DNA of 64,000 nt from Gemmatimonadota bacterium (GCA_029862925.1 JAOTWJ010000004.1:503-64502); one strand, 5' to 3'; numbered from the stretch's first letter, positions 47,153-56,809 are shown. A program made the numbers and translations. Notes: generated from the letters alone by a model not told the origin.

Positions 47153-48735
47153 CGGCGCGGCGTTACGACGTGATCGTCGTGGGCGGCGGCCACAATGGAC
47201 TCGTCGCCGCCGCCTATCTCGCCCGCGCGGGTCGCCGCGTGTTGGTGCTCGAGCGGCGTTCGATGGTAGGCGGCGCGGCCGTGACCGAGGAGATCTTCCC
47301 CGGCTTCAAGTTCTCGGTCTTCTCGTACGTGGTGAGCCTGCTGCGACCGGAAATCATTCGCGAGCTCGATCTCCCACGCCATGGACTCCAGATCCTGCCG
47401 CTGGAAAGCACGGTCACGCCGCTCGACAACGGGGACTACCTCGCGTCATGGGCCGATCCGGACGAAACGCGCCGCGAGTTGTGTCGCCATTCGCCGCGCG
47501 ACGCCGAGGCGATGGCGGTGTTCGGCCGGCTGATGCAGCACATGGCGATGGCGGTGAAGCCGATCCTCGGCATGGTGCCGCCCGATCCCGGCTCGCTGGC
47601 CCCGTCCGACCTGGCCGGATTGCTGCGCTTCGGCCGCCACATGCGGGGGCTCGGCCCGGACCGATTCCACGCGCTGTTCAAGCTCATGACGATGAGCAGC
47701 GCCGATTACCTGGACGAGTGGTTCGAGTGCGGACCGCTCAAGGCGACCAAGTCGGCCAGCGGCATCATCGGGACCTTCCTGGGACCGCGGTCGCCTGGAA
47801 CCGCGTACGTCCTGCTGCACCACTATATGGGCGAGATCGACGGCGCGTTTCGCGCCTGGGGATTCCAGAAGGGCGGTACCGGCGCCATCAGCGACGCGAT
47901 TGCGGGCGCGGCCCGGGCCCTCGGCGCGGAGATCCGGACCGACGCCGCGGTGGAGCGGGTGCTGGTGCGCAGCGGACGCGTCACCGGCGTCGCCCTCGTG
48001 TCCGGGGAGGAAGTCGCGGCCCCCGTGGTCATTTCCGGACTCGATCCCCGCCTCACGTTCACGCAGCTGGTGGACCCCGACGAGCTGCCCGCCGACCTGG
48101 TGGAGGGCGTGCGCCGTTTCAAGTTCCGCGGCTCGTCGGCCAAGGTGAACCTCGCGCTCGCGGGACTGCCGGAGTTCACGTGTCTCCCCGGCCCGGGACC
48201 ACATCTGCGGGGCGCGTTTTCGATCAGCCCGAGCGTCGAATACCTGGAACGGGCGTACGACGACGCCAAGTACGGTGACTTCTCCCGCCAGCCGTACATG
48301 GACATCGTCATCCCCTCGATGATCGACCCGGGCATGGCACCGCCCGGCAGGCACGTCATGAGCATCTTCGTGCAGTACGCCCCGTACGCGCGGACCGGCG
48401 GATGGACGGACGCGGCCCGCGACGCCTTAGGTGACGCCGCGGTGCAGACCCTCGCCCGCTATGCGCCCAACCTCCCGTCCCTCGTCCTCCACCGACAAGT
48501 ACTCACCCCGCTCGACATCGAGCGGATCACGGGACTCTCGGAAGGGAACATCTTCCAGGGGGAGTTGGCGCTGCATCAGCTCTTCTTCCTGCGGCCGGTG
48601 CCGGCCTGGGCCAAGTACCGCACCCCCATCGAGGGCTACTGGCAGTGTGGCGCGGGCACGCATCCCGGCGGCGGCATCATGGGCGCCTCGGGCCGGCTAG
48701 CGGCCTACGAGCTCCTGGGCAGCTCGGCCCGATGA
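47149..48735 (+). CDS. Phytoene-dehydrogenase-like (PYROXD2-type) FAD oxidoreductase
   Basis: ATGA overlap; GGGHNGLVAA.YL, VGGA..TEE..PGF, TP.D.E...GL..GNIF.G, CGAGTHPGGG..G.SG. Confidence 0.88.
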   Translation: MTARRYDVIVVGGGHNGLVAAAYLARAGRRVLVLERRSMVGGAAVTEEIFPGFKFSVFSYVVSLLRPEIIRELDLPRHGLQILPLESTVTPLDNGDYLASWADPDETRRELCRHSPRDAEAMAVFGRLMQHMAMAVKPILGMVPPDPGSLAPSDLAGLLRFGRHMRGLGPDRFHALFKLMTMSSADYLDEWFECGPLKATKSASGIIGTFLGPRSPGTAYVLLHHYMGEIDGAFRAWGFQKGGTGAISDAIAGAARALGAEIRTDAAVERVLVRSGRVTGVALVSGEEVAAPVVISGLDPRLTFTQLVDPDELPADLVEGVRRFKFRGSSAKVNLALAGLPEFTCLPGPGPHLRGAFSISPSVEYLERAYDDAKYGDFSRQPYMDIVIPSMIDPGMAPPGRHVMSIFVQYAPYARTGGWTDAARDALGDAAVQTLARYAPNLPSLVLHRQVLTPLDIERITGLSEGNIFQGELALHQLFFLRPVPAWAKYRTPIEGYWQCGAGTHPGGGIMGASGRLAAYELLGSSAR

Positions 48736-50315
48736 ACGACCGACACGATGTGATCGTCATCGGCGCCGGGGCCAACGGTCTCGCGGCGGCCGCGACGCTC
48801 GGACGGGCGGGCCTCGCGGTCATCGTGTTGGAGCAAAGCGGGGCGGTTGGTGGCCTGCAGCGCACTGTCGAGTTCGCCCCAGGGTTCCACGCCACCCCTA
48901 CGGCGGCAGACGACGGCTGGCTCCCGCCGGCCATGGCACGTGACCTCGGTCTCGGCGTTCCCGTCCGGACCATCCCCGACATCCCGCTCACGGTTGCCTT
49001 GGCACCAGGCGACGTTCTTCCCCTCGCGCGCGAATCCCGCGCGGCCGCCGAGGCGATCCGCCGCCATTCGGCACGGGATGCGGCGACCTGGCCGGCATTC
49101 ACGGCGCAGCTGCACAAGCTCGCGGGATTTCTCGCGGTCCTCTACCAGCGGCCCGCCCCCGACATCGCGACCACGGGCCTGCGCGACCTGGCGAGCCTGC
49201 TCCGCGTTGCCCTAGGACTCCGCGCCCTTGGCCGCGCCGACATGGCCGAGTTCCTCCGCATCGTTCCCATGTCGGTCCGGGAGCTGCTCGACGACCGGTT
49301 CGAGTGCGAGGCGCTCAAGGCAGCGGTGGCGGCGGGAGCTGTGCGTGACCTCCGGCAGGGACCGCGGTCCGGCGGCACGGGCTTCGTGCTCCTGCACTAC
49401 CTCGTCGGCGCCGCTCCCGGGTCCGTGCGGGATCGGGGCTATTGCCGCGACGGACCGGAGACGTGTGTCGCCGCACTCGACGCGCTCGCCCGCCGGAATG
49501 GCGTGACGATTCGCACGGACACCGCCGTCAGCCGCATCCTCGTGCGCGACGATGCCGTGACGGGAGTCGCCCTCGCGAGCGGCGCGGAGGTCTCCGCTCC
49601 GCGTGTGCTCTCCACGGCCGACCCCGCGGCGACGTTCCTGGGCTTGGTCGATCCCGTGTGGCTCGACCCGGAGCTGCTCCACGCCGTGCGCAACATCAAG
49701 TTCCGCGGCGCAGCGGCGGTGGTGCTGTACGCACTCGACTCGCTGCCCCAGCGTGGCGGCCTTCCGGCCGCGAGCCTGGCCGGGGTCGTGACCCTGACGC
49801 CGCAGCTCGATGCGCTCGAGCGGGCCGCCGACGCGGCCAAGTACGGCAACGTCTCGGAGCACCCGCACGTCGAAATCTCCGCACCGTCGATCCGCTGGCC
49901 GGCTGTCGCGCCGCCGGGGAAACACGTCGTCGTCGCGCGTGTGCAGTACGCGCCACACTGTCTCAAGGACGGGAATGGCTGGGACGGCGCGCGGCGCGAG
50001 GCGCTGGCCGACCGCGTGAGCCATTTGATCGACACGGCCGTCCCCGGCTTTCTCGACCGGGTCCTGCACCGGGCCATGTTCACCCCCGCGGACTTCGAGG
50101 CGCGCTACGGCGTCACCGAGGGGGCGCTGACGCACGGGGAGCTGACGCTGGATCAGGTGCTGTTCATGCGGCCGATTCCCGGTCTGGCCCACTACGCGAC
50201 GCCCCTCACGGGCCTCTACCTCGGCGGGGCCGGTACGCATCCCGGCCCCGGGGTGATGGGCGGCGGCGGCTGGCTGGCGGCGCGACGGCTGTTGCAGGAT
50301 GGGACGGGGCCGTAG
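48732..50315 (+). CDS. Second, more divergent phytoene-dehydrogenase-like FAD oxidoreductase
   Basis: ATGA overlap; GAGANGL, TPADFE.RYG...G...HGE, GAGTHPG.G. Confidence 0.85.
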   Translation: MNDRHDVIVIGAGANGLAAAATLGRAGLAVIVLEQSGAVGGLQRTVEFAPGFHATPTAADDGWLPPAMARDLGLGVPVRTIPDIPLTVALAPGDVLPLARESRAAAEAIRRHSARDAATWPAFTAQLHKLAGFLAVLYQRPAPDIATTGLRDLASLLRVALGLRALGRADMAEFLRIVPMSVRELLDDRFECEALKAAVAAGAVRDLRQGPRSGGTGFVLLHYLVGAAPGSVRDRGYCRDGPETCVAALDALARRNGVTIRTDTAVSRILVRDDAVTGVALASGAEVSAPRVLSTADPAATFLGLVDPVWLDPELLHAVRNIKFRGAAAVVLYALDSLPQRGGLPAASLAGVVTLTPQLDALERAADAAKYGNVSEHPHVEISAPSIRWPAVAPPGKHVVVARVQYAPHCLKDGNGWDGARREALADRVSHLIDTAVPGFLDRVLHRAMFTPADFEARYGVTEGALTHGELTLDQVLFMRPIPGLAHYATPLTGLYLGGAGTHPGPGVMGGGGWLAARRLLQDGTGP

Positions 50316-50397
50316 GCGCGAATTGAGCAACGAGTGCGTGCCCGTCCGCGCGCGGCACGAGGCGATCCGAACCACGACGGAGATCATCAGACCGGAG

Positions 50398-51555
50398 ATG
50401 CCCCTTCGCATGCCTTTCGACATGACGCTCGTCCAACGCGGCGCTCGCCTGCGCCGCAGTCCCTTCTTCGCCGCGACGCAGCGGTACGGCGCCAAGGGAT
50501 ACACGGTCTACAACCACATGCTCTTCCCGATCAACTTCGCGGACTTCGAGGAGGAGTACTGGCACCTGGTGCGGCACGTGACCCTGTGGGATGTATGCGT
50601 CGAGCGCCAAGTCGAGATCACCGGTCCGGACGCCTTCGCGTTCACCGACCTGCTCACGCCACGCGATTTGTCCAAATGCGCCGTCGGTCAGGGCAAGTAC
50701 GTCGTTATCACCGCCGAGGACGGTGGGGTGATCAACGACCCGGTGCTGCTGCGGCTGGGCAAGAACCACTTCTGGCTCGCGCTCGCCGACAGCGACGTCC
50801 TGCTCTGGGCGCGCGGTGTGGCTCTGCGGTCGGGACTCGACGTCTCGATCACCGAGCCCGACGTCTCGCCGCTCCAGCTGCAGGGACCCAAGGCCAAAGA
50901 CGTCGTCCACGCCCTGTTCGGCGATCCGGTGCTGGCTCTGCGGTACTACTACTTCCTCGAGACCACACTCGACGGCATCCCGGTGGTGGTCACGCGCACG
51001 GGATGGTCGGGGGAGGTCGGCTACGAGATCTACCTGCGCGACGGCAGCCGCGGCGACGACCTCTGGGAGCGGATCATGGCGGCCGGCAAGCCGCACGAGA
51101 TCCGGCCCACGGGGCCGTCAGACATCCGCCGCGTCGAAGCGGGAATCCTCAACTGGGGCGCCGACATGACGCTCGACGACAACGTATACGAAGTGGGGCT
51201 CGACTGGCTGGTGGACGACGCCAAGCCGCGCGACTACATCGGGCGCGACGCGCTGCGCCGGATCAAGGCCACGGGGGTGGCCCGACAACTCGTAGGGGTG
51301 GAGATCGCCGGTGACCGGCTCCCGTTCAACACGGGCACGTGGCCGGTCATCACCGCCGCCACCACCGTTGGCCGCGTGACGTCGGCCCTCTGGTCACCGC
51401 GGCTCAAGAAGAACATCGGCTACGCCATGGTCCCCGTAACGCAGGCCACACTGGGAACGCGGCTCACGGTGCAGGTTCCCGACGCGGGCGAGCGGGGCGC
51501 GACCGTCGTCGCCAAGCCGTTCCTCGATCCCAAGAAGGAGATCCCGAAGGGCTAG
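50398..51555 (+). CDS. DmdA-like GcvT-family THF-dependent demethylase
   Basis: RLRRSPF.......KGYTVYNHML.P, WDV..ERQV.I.GPDA, NDPV...L....W..LADSD, EPDVSPL..QGP resemble DMSP demethylase; the start may be 50398, 50410 or 50422. Confidence 0.8.
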   Translation: MPLRMPFDMTLVQRGARLRRSPFFAATQRYGAKGYTVYNHMLFPINFADFEEEYWHLVRHVTLWDVCVERQVEITGPDAFAFTDLLTPRDLSKCAVGQGKYVVITAEDGGVINDPVLLRLGKNHFWLALADSDVLLWARGVALRSGLDVSITEPDVSPLQLQGPKAKDVVHALFGDPVLALRYYYFLETTLDGIPVVVTRTGWSGEVGYEIYLRDGSRGDDLWERIMAAGKPHEIRPTGPSDIRRVEAGILNWGADMTLDDNVYEVGLDWLVDDAKPRDYIGRDALRRIKATGVARQLVGVEIAGDRLPFNTGTWPVITAATTVGRVTSALWSPRLKKNIGYAMVPVTQATLGTRLTVQVPDAGERGATVVAKPFLDPKKEIPKG

Positions 51556-51567
51556 ACCCGCCGCCGG

Positions 51568-52524
51568 CTAGCGTCGTTGATCCACGCTCCGCAGAAACGC
51601 CCGCACCACGCGGAGGTTTTCCGCCGGGTTGTCCTGCATGGTGAGGTGCGCAGCGCCGGGGATGATCGCGACCTCGGCGCCGGGGATGAGCGACGCATAG
51701 TAGCGCACCGTCGCGGGCAGCGCCTCGTCGTACTCGCCCGTCGTGAGCAGCGTCGGGGCGCGAAGCCGGCCCAGCGAGCTCGTCACATCATAGTCCTTCA
51801 ACGTGCCCACGCCGGTGAACTCGCTCGGGCCCCACATGTACTCGTAGACCGCCGGGCCGAACTCGGCGAAGGTGCTGTCGATGTCGGGCGACCACGGGTC
51901 GAGCCGCGACAGGTACAGCCGGTAGAACGCCACCACGGCACCCTGGTATTCCGGCGAATCGAACGTCCCGGCGGCTTCATGCCGGGCAATCGCCCGCTGC
52001 AGCGTGTCCGGAAGGGTGCCGAGCAAACTGTCCGCGTCCGCGAGCCAGCGCGGGATGCTGAGGGCGGGGCTCGCGAGAATCAGGCTCGTGACCTGTTCCG
52101 GGTGGGCGAGCGCGTACTCCACGCCCAGAATCGTGCCCCACGAGTGGCCGAGCACGTGGAATCGCTCCAGCCCCAACGCGCGACGCAGGCTGTCCAGCTC
52201 CGCCACGTAGCTGGCGATGGTCATGCGCGTGGTATCGGTGATCCGGTCCGACCGGCCCGCGCCGAGCTGGTCGTAGATGATCACCGGCCGCTCGTCTCTC
52301 AACGCCACCAGCGGGTTGAGATAGTAACTCGGAGCACCGGGACCGCCGTGCAGCAGCACCACGGGCGTGGCGGAGCCCGTCCCCGTCACGCGGTACCAGA
52401 TCTGGCCACCGGGTACGGGCAGGGAGCCTTCGCCCGGCGTAAGCCGCGACTGCCGGTCGGCGCAGGCGGTTACGAGTGCGAGCGACCACAGCGTGGCGAT
52501 GGCGGTACGGCGGCGGATAGTCAT
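51568..52524 (-). CDS. Proline iminopeptidase-family hydrolase (S33), lipoprotein
   Basis: Lipobox LVTAC; LHGGPG, YDQLG.GRS, GHSWG, MWGPSEF, GEYDE, AAHL. Confidence 0.9.
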   Translation of the reverse strand: MTIRRRTAIATLWSLALVTACADRQSRLTPGEGSLPVPGGQIWYRVTGTGSATPVVLLHGGPGAPSYYLNPLVALRDERPVIIYDQLGAGRSDRITDTTRMTIASYVAELDSLRRALGLERFHVLGHSWGTILGVEYALAHPEQVTSLILASPALSIPRWLADADSLLGTLPDTLQRAIARHEAAGTFDSPEYQGAVVAFYRLYLSRLDPWSPDIDSTFAEFGPAVYEYMWGPSEFTGVGTLKDYDVTSSLGRLRAPTLLTTGEYDEALPATVRYYASLIPGAEVAIIPGAAHLTMQDNPAENLRVVRAFLRSVDQRR

Positions 52525-52668
52525 GGAGAACTCGGCACCGGGTCAGCGAGGCTGGAAGATGCGCGCGGGACTCGGGGTCCGCCACAGCCCCCTCATCCCG
52601 CCGGTGCTCTTGCCGCGAGTGGCACACCGCCACTTGTATTCCCCTGACTGGGCTGGGACGGCCGACCG

Positions 52669-53010
52669 ATGAGCACGAAGGGAAGACGCGGGCGACGACA
52701 CTATCACGTGTACGTCGTCGAGCTGGATCCCGCGATCCTCGACCGCCGGAAGTTTCGCGAGGTCAATCCGGCCTACGTCGCCGGCAAGGACTGCCTCTAC
52801 ATCGGCATGACCGGCCTCACGCCGGAGCGGCGCTTCCACAACCACAAGCAGGGATACAAGGCCAACCCGTTCGTGCGTGACTACGGGTGGAGCCTGCGGC
52901 CGGATCTCTATCCAGACGGCAGCCCGTTCACGTATCGCGAGGCGCTGGCACTGGAGGAGGAGGTCGCCCGGGAGCTACGCAAGCTGGGGTATGGAGTCTG
53001 GCAGCACTGA
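52669..53010 (+). CDS. Small GIY-YIG-like protein
   Basis: HVYVVEL...LYIGMT...PERRF.NH..G; EA..LE....L...GY. Confidence 0.7.
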   Translation: MSTKGRRGRRHYHVYVVELDPAILDRRKFREVNPAYVAGKDCLYIGMTGLTPERRFHNHKQGYKANPFVRDYGWSLRPDLYPDGSPFTYREALALEEEVARELRKLGYGVWQH

Positions 53011-53052
53011 GGGCCGGAAACGGCGGACGGGGGGAACCGCAGGTGAGGCGCC

Positions 53053-53253
53053 TCAGCGATCGCCGGACCCTCGATACTCGGCGTCGAACGTTATCTGCCA
53101 CGTGGTCCCGCCATCGGTGGAGGTCTCGATCACCTGGCGCAGTCCACCGCCGGGCAGCCGGGTCAGCGTCGTGCGATCCAGACAGCTCGGTCCGTCGGTC
53201 CGCGGGGTCTCCCCCTGGAAGCGCAATCCGCCGTCAGTCGCCCGCTCCGGCAT
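53053..53253 (-). pseudogene. C-terminal fragment of a DUF1579-like beta-barrel protein
   Basis: R.T......G.LRQ..E.S.DGG.TW...FDAEY.R is the C-terminal motif only; 66 aa, N-terminal half absent. Confidence 0.45.
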
Positions 53254-53313
53254 CGGCCCTCCCGACTCGTCCCGCGGCGACGCCGTGGCGTGCTCCGGCG
53301 TACGATCTCCGAT

Positions 53314-54306
53314 TCAGCAGGCGGCGAGTAATGCGTCCAGCGGCTTGAGCTCGGCTTCCGCACCGAGTTCCTGGAACCGCGCGCGCGCGGTCTGCGCCAC
53401 GTCCCGCGCCTCGTTCGCGCGTCCCAGCTTGCGAAGCAGATGGGCCAGATCGCGACCGGCCTGCGCGGCCAGTAACGGACGCTCGAGCACTTCGGCACGT
53501 TCGAGCACCTTGCGCAACGTCGTCTCCGCCGCGCGCGGGTCACCGAGCGCGGCGAGCGCGCCGGCGAGGACCCGGAGATCCTCGGCCTCGCGCACCACAT
53601 CCCCCAGGCGGCGGTGCGCTTCGAGCACGGCCTCGATCTCCCGCCGCGCCACCTGCGCCTCGCCGTCGAGCAACCGATACTCCGCCCGACCCGCGCGGGC
53701 CTGCGCGGCGAGCGTCAGATCGCCCGCCGCCTCCGCCTCCTGCACCGCGTTGTCGGCCGTTTCGCATGCCGCCTGCAGATCGCCCTGATCCGCGTAGACC
53801 TTGGCGAGGTTGTGCAACGCCTCCGCCACGCCCTGCCGGCTCCCGACCTGCTGGAACGCCGCCACCGCCATCGTATAGGCTCCCAACGCCTCCGCGTACC
53901 GGCCCTGCATCGCATGGACGATGCCGATGTTGTTCGAGCACCGGCCCAAGGTGGCGTCGTCCCCTTCCCGTTCCGCCAATGCCCGGGCACGCGCGAAGTG
54001 CAGCTCCGCCTCCTGCACCCGTCCCGCCTCCAGCGCGATGGCCCCCCGCGCATTGGCGGCACGCGTTTCGATGGCGCTGTCACTGCGCTGCCGGGCGCGA
54101 TCGAGCGCGATGCCGACCCAGTGCTTGGCCGTCGTGTGCGCCCCCAAACGCCCGTGGGCGATGCCGCACAGCAGGGCGAGCGTGGGCGACTCCGCCAGCT
54201 CGGTCTCCTCTCGAGCGGCGAGATACTCGAGCAGAGCGGCGTACTGCCCCGACTCGGCGAGCTGATTCGCGTGGGTGAGCATCCGCAGCGACCTCCGGGC
54301 GCTCAT
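53314..54306 (-). CDS. Tetratricopeptide-repeat protein (MalT-like TPR)
   Basis: Repeated A...N..G.....G...EA helices (CSNNIG.VH..QGRY.EA; ALHNLA.VY..QG); ATG 5 nt after the upstream stop. Confidence 0.88.
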   Translation of the reverse strand: MSARRSLRMLTHANQLAESGQYAALLEYLAAREETELAESPTLALLCGIAHGRLGAHTTAKHWVGIALDRARQRSDSAIETRAANARGAIALEAGRVQEAELHFARARALAEREGDDATLGRCSNNIGIVHAMQGRYAEALGAYTMAVAAFQQVGSRQGVAEALHNLAKVYADQGDLQAACETADNAVQEAEAAGDLTLAAQARAGRAEYRLLDGEAQVARREIEAVLEAHRRLGDVVREAEDLRVLAGALAALGDPRAAETTLRKVLERAEVLERPLLAAQAGRDLAHLLRKLGRANEARDVAQTARARFQELGAEAELKPLDALLAAC

Positions 54307-54311
54307 CGGGT

Positions 54312-54983
54312 TCACCACGAAACGGCGTATCCCGAGAAACTGGTGAGCGACGCGAGGAAGTAGCGATTCTCCCACGAGTGGAGCGCTGGCTGCCGATCCC
54401 ACGCGGCGCCTGCCTGGCTCTGATGCCAGAGGGCGAGTCTGGTCGCCCCGATCAGGTTGTCCGCCGCGTCCACGTCCCCGTCTCCATCGAGATCCAGGAT
54501 GGCTCCACTGTACCAGACCTCGAGCGTGACCGGACTCGACGGGTTGAAGACCAGTCCGGTGGGGGCGAACCGCGCCACGACGTAGTCGCGGTCAAGGGTG
54601 ACGGTGATGAGCACCGAATCCCCGACCGCGATTGCCGTCCCGTTGGGGAGCGTGGACAGACCGTCGGCCGGCACGAAGACGCGCAGGAACCGCGCCGCCC
54701 GTGACCTCCGATCGGCGTCATCCTCGTCACCCCGGCTCGGCGTCGTCTGATACTCGCGGTAGTAGACCAGCGCCGAACGTGACTGCCCGCGTACCGCCCA
54801 GAAGCTGATCTGATACGTGTCCAGACCCGCCCCGTGACGCAGCGGCGTGAGGGACTGCCCCGTCGTGCTGCTCAAGTGCAGTGGCGAGTCCCGCGGGGCC
54901 AAGGGCGGTCCGGTGGGCTCCGAGCACCCTGCGAGTAGCAGGACTCCGGTGACCGCGCTGGCCAGGAATCTCCGATACGACAT
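54312..54983 (-). CDS. Lipoprotein with ZU5-like C-terminus and DxDxDG loop
   Basis: GGAGGAG RBS; lipobox LAGC; F.P.GL.F...V.L...Y; DLDGDGDVDAAD; terminal SFSGYAV. Confidence 0.75.
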   Translation of the reverse strand: MSYRRFLASAVTGVLLLAGCSEPTGPPLAPRDSPLHLSSTTGQSLTPLRHGAGLDTYQISFWAVRGQSRSALVYYREYQTTPSRGDEDDADRRSRAARFLRVFVPADGLSTLPNGTAIAVGDSVLITVTLDRDYVVARFAPTGLVFNPSSPVTLEVWYSGAILDLDGDGDVDAADNLIGATRLALWHQSQAGAAWDRQPALHSWENRYFLASLTSFSGYAVSW

Positions 54984-55125
54984 GGTCTCCTCCGTGCCGG
55001 CAATCGGCATCTGTGCTCGGCTCCTTCGCTCGACGTCGTTCGCCACGTTGTCCGTGGCCGTGGCGCGCATCCCCAACCGGAGGCGCCAGGGCGGAAACGG
55101 TCAGATCCGTTCACCGGTCGTGAAT

Positions 55126-55141
55126 TGCATCTCCCGTACCC
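55126..55141 (-). promoter_or_regulatory. Candidate sigma54 promoter for the lipoprotein-TPR operon
   Basis: The minus strand reads GGGTACG-GGAG-ATGCA (GG-N10-GC). Confidence 0.6.
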
Positions 55142-55231
55142 GGGCCGGAACGCGGTGTCCAACTGTCAGGGTGGCTTGGAGTTGGGGGTGTTTGAGGACG
55201 CACCGCGCTGGCGCGGAGTCACCGCGCGGGC

Positions 55232-55248
55232 TGGGACGACTCGTACCA
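55232..55248. promoter_or_regulatory. Candidate upstream activating sequence (UAS)
   Basis: TGGGAC-GACTC-GTACCA, centred 100 nt upstream of the -24 GG at 55140. Confidence 0.45.
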
Positions 55249-55265
55249 GTTCGGTGCAGATCGAC

Positions 55266-56615
55266 TCAGGCGTCCTGGGGATCCGGTTCCGCCAGGAGCC
55301 GGCGCAGGCGACGCCGGGAGATCCGCAGCCGGCGGGCCGCCTCACTGCGGTTGCCGCGGCAGAATTCCACGGTGGCGCGCGCGGCCGCGCCCGCGATGTC
55401 GTCGAGGGGCGCCGGGAACGGGAGCGGACCGTTGGCCGTCGGCGGCACGGGCTGCTCCGGCACGAGTTCCGAAAGGCTCAGCTCACCTGGCGGCGAGAGC
55501 AGCAACGCCCGCTCAACGGCGTTCCGCAGCTCGCGAACGTTGCCCGGCCAGGCACTGCGGAGCAGCGCCCGTTTGGCGTCGCTCGTGAGCGGCGGGACCG
55601 GCAAGCCACGTTCCCGCGCGAGCCGTTCCAGCAGCGTCTCCGCGATCACCACCACGTCATCCCCGCGTTCACGCAATGGGGGTAGGCGAAGCACCACGAC
55701 GCCCAGTCGGTAATACAGGTCGTGTCGGAAGGCCCCACGCTTGATGGCGTCCTCCAAGTTTTCGTTCGTCGCGGCCAGGATGCGCACGTCGACGCGCCGC
55801 GCCTTGGTACCACCGACGCGCCGGATTTCGTGGTCTTCGAGCACCCGCAGCAGCTTGCTCTGCAGATCCGGGGCGAGCGTGCCGATCTCGTCCAGAAACA
55901 GAGTCCCCCCATCCGCCACTTCGAAGAGACCCGGCTTGGCGACGTGGGCGTCCGTGAAGGCTCCGCGCTCGTGGCCGAACAACTCCGACTCGATGAGGTG
56001 CGAGGGCAGCGCGGAGCAGTTGACGGGAACAAAGGGCCCGACGCGCCGCATGCCGCCTTCGTGGATGGCCCGGGCCAGCAGCTCTTTGCCAGTCCCGGTC
56101 TCGCCGACCAGCAGAGCCGTCGCGTCGGCATGGGGCAGCAGCCGCGCCGCGCGGTTCAACAAGCTCTTGAACGCGGGGCTCCCTCCGACGAGCCGTTCGA
56201 AGGCCGCAGCGGCGATACCCGCCAAGGCCGCAGACTCCCGACTGACGGCCTGTCGCGAGCGAGCAACGGCCGCGCCCACCGCGTTGCGGAGCAGTTCCAC
56301 GTCCTCGGGCACGGCGAAGTAGTCGCGCGCACCCGAATGCACGATCTGCGCGGTGATCCGCCGTCCGGGATCCGCGCCGACGACGAACACCGGCAGGCCG
56401 AGCGGCACCTCGTGCCGATCGAGCCAGTCCAGCGCTTCACGCTCCATTCCCCCGGCCGCGACGACGACCGCGCTGAGTTCCGGCGGAAAGCCATGAGCGT
56501 TGTCGGGTCCGCTCAGGCGCAAGGTAACGCCCAAGTCGCTCGCGAGATCCTTCCACAGATCCGCGAACGAGTCGGACAACTCGACGACCAGCAGGGCAGC
56601 GTCAGCCAACGGCAC
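55266..56615 (-). CDS. Sigma54-dependent transcriptional activator (bEBP) with degenerate receiver-like N-terminus
   Basis: [44 protein letters not shown], Fis-type [13 protein letters not shown]; GGAG RBS before GTG 56615. Confidence 0.93.
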   Translation of the reverse strand: MPLADAALLVVELSDSFADLWKDLASDLGVTLRLSGPDNAHGFPPELSAVVVAAGGMEREALDWLDRHEVPLGLPVFVVGADPGRRITAQIVHSGARDYFAVPEDVELLRNAVGAAVARSRQAVSRESAALAGIAAAAFERLVGGSPAFKSLLNRAARLLPHADATALLVGETGTGKELLARAIHEGGMRRVGPFVPVNCSALPSHLIESELFGHERGAFTDAHVAKPGLFEVADGGTLFLDEIGTLAPDLQSKLLRVLEDHEIRRVGGTKARRVDVRILAATNENLEDAIKRGAFRHDLYYRLGVVVLRLPPLRERGDDVVVIAETLLERLARERGLPVPPLTSDAKRALLRSAWPGNVRELRNAVERALLLSPPGELSLSELVPEQPVPPTANGPLPFPAPLDDIAGAAARATVEFCRGNRSEAARRLRISRRRLRRLLAEPDPQDA

Positions 56616-56629
56616 CTCTCCAAGGCAAC

Positions 56630-56646
56630 TGGTCCCTTTTGTACCA
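56630..56646. promoter_or_regulatory. Candidate UAS / autoregulatory site
   Basis: TGGTCC-CTTTT-GTACCA, centred 96 nt upstream of the -24 GG at 56734 and just upstream of the activator RBS. Confidence 0.45.
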
Positions 56647-56732
56647 TCTAGCACGGACCGTACCACGGTCCAACCCACTCCGCGCTGCGCGCAAAGTCAA
56701 CTGGTTCAATCTGTTAACCAAGCTCGCGCAGA

Positions 56733-56748
56733 TGGTACCGGGGTTGCG
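56733..56748 (+). promoter_or_regulatory. Sigma54 -24/-12 promoter for the HD-GYP gene
   Basis: TGGTAC-CGGGG-TTGCG versus consensus TGGCAC-N5-TTGC; AT-rich IHF-like tract at about 56693-56720. Confidence 0.7.
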
Positions 56749-56809
56749 CTCCTTCCCAACGGCGAACGTAGTCGCGGCAACGCCACAGCGATAGGACGAA
56801 GGAGCCACC

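Noticed and set aside
47149-50315. Carotenoid biosynthesis (crtI) cluster
   Set aside because: No crtB, crtE or crtY is nearby, and coupling to GcvT-fold genes points to a non-carotenoid role.
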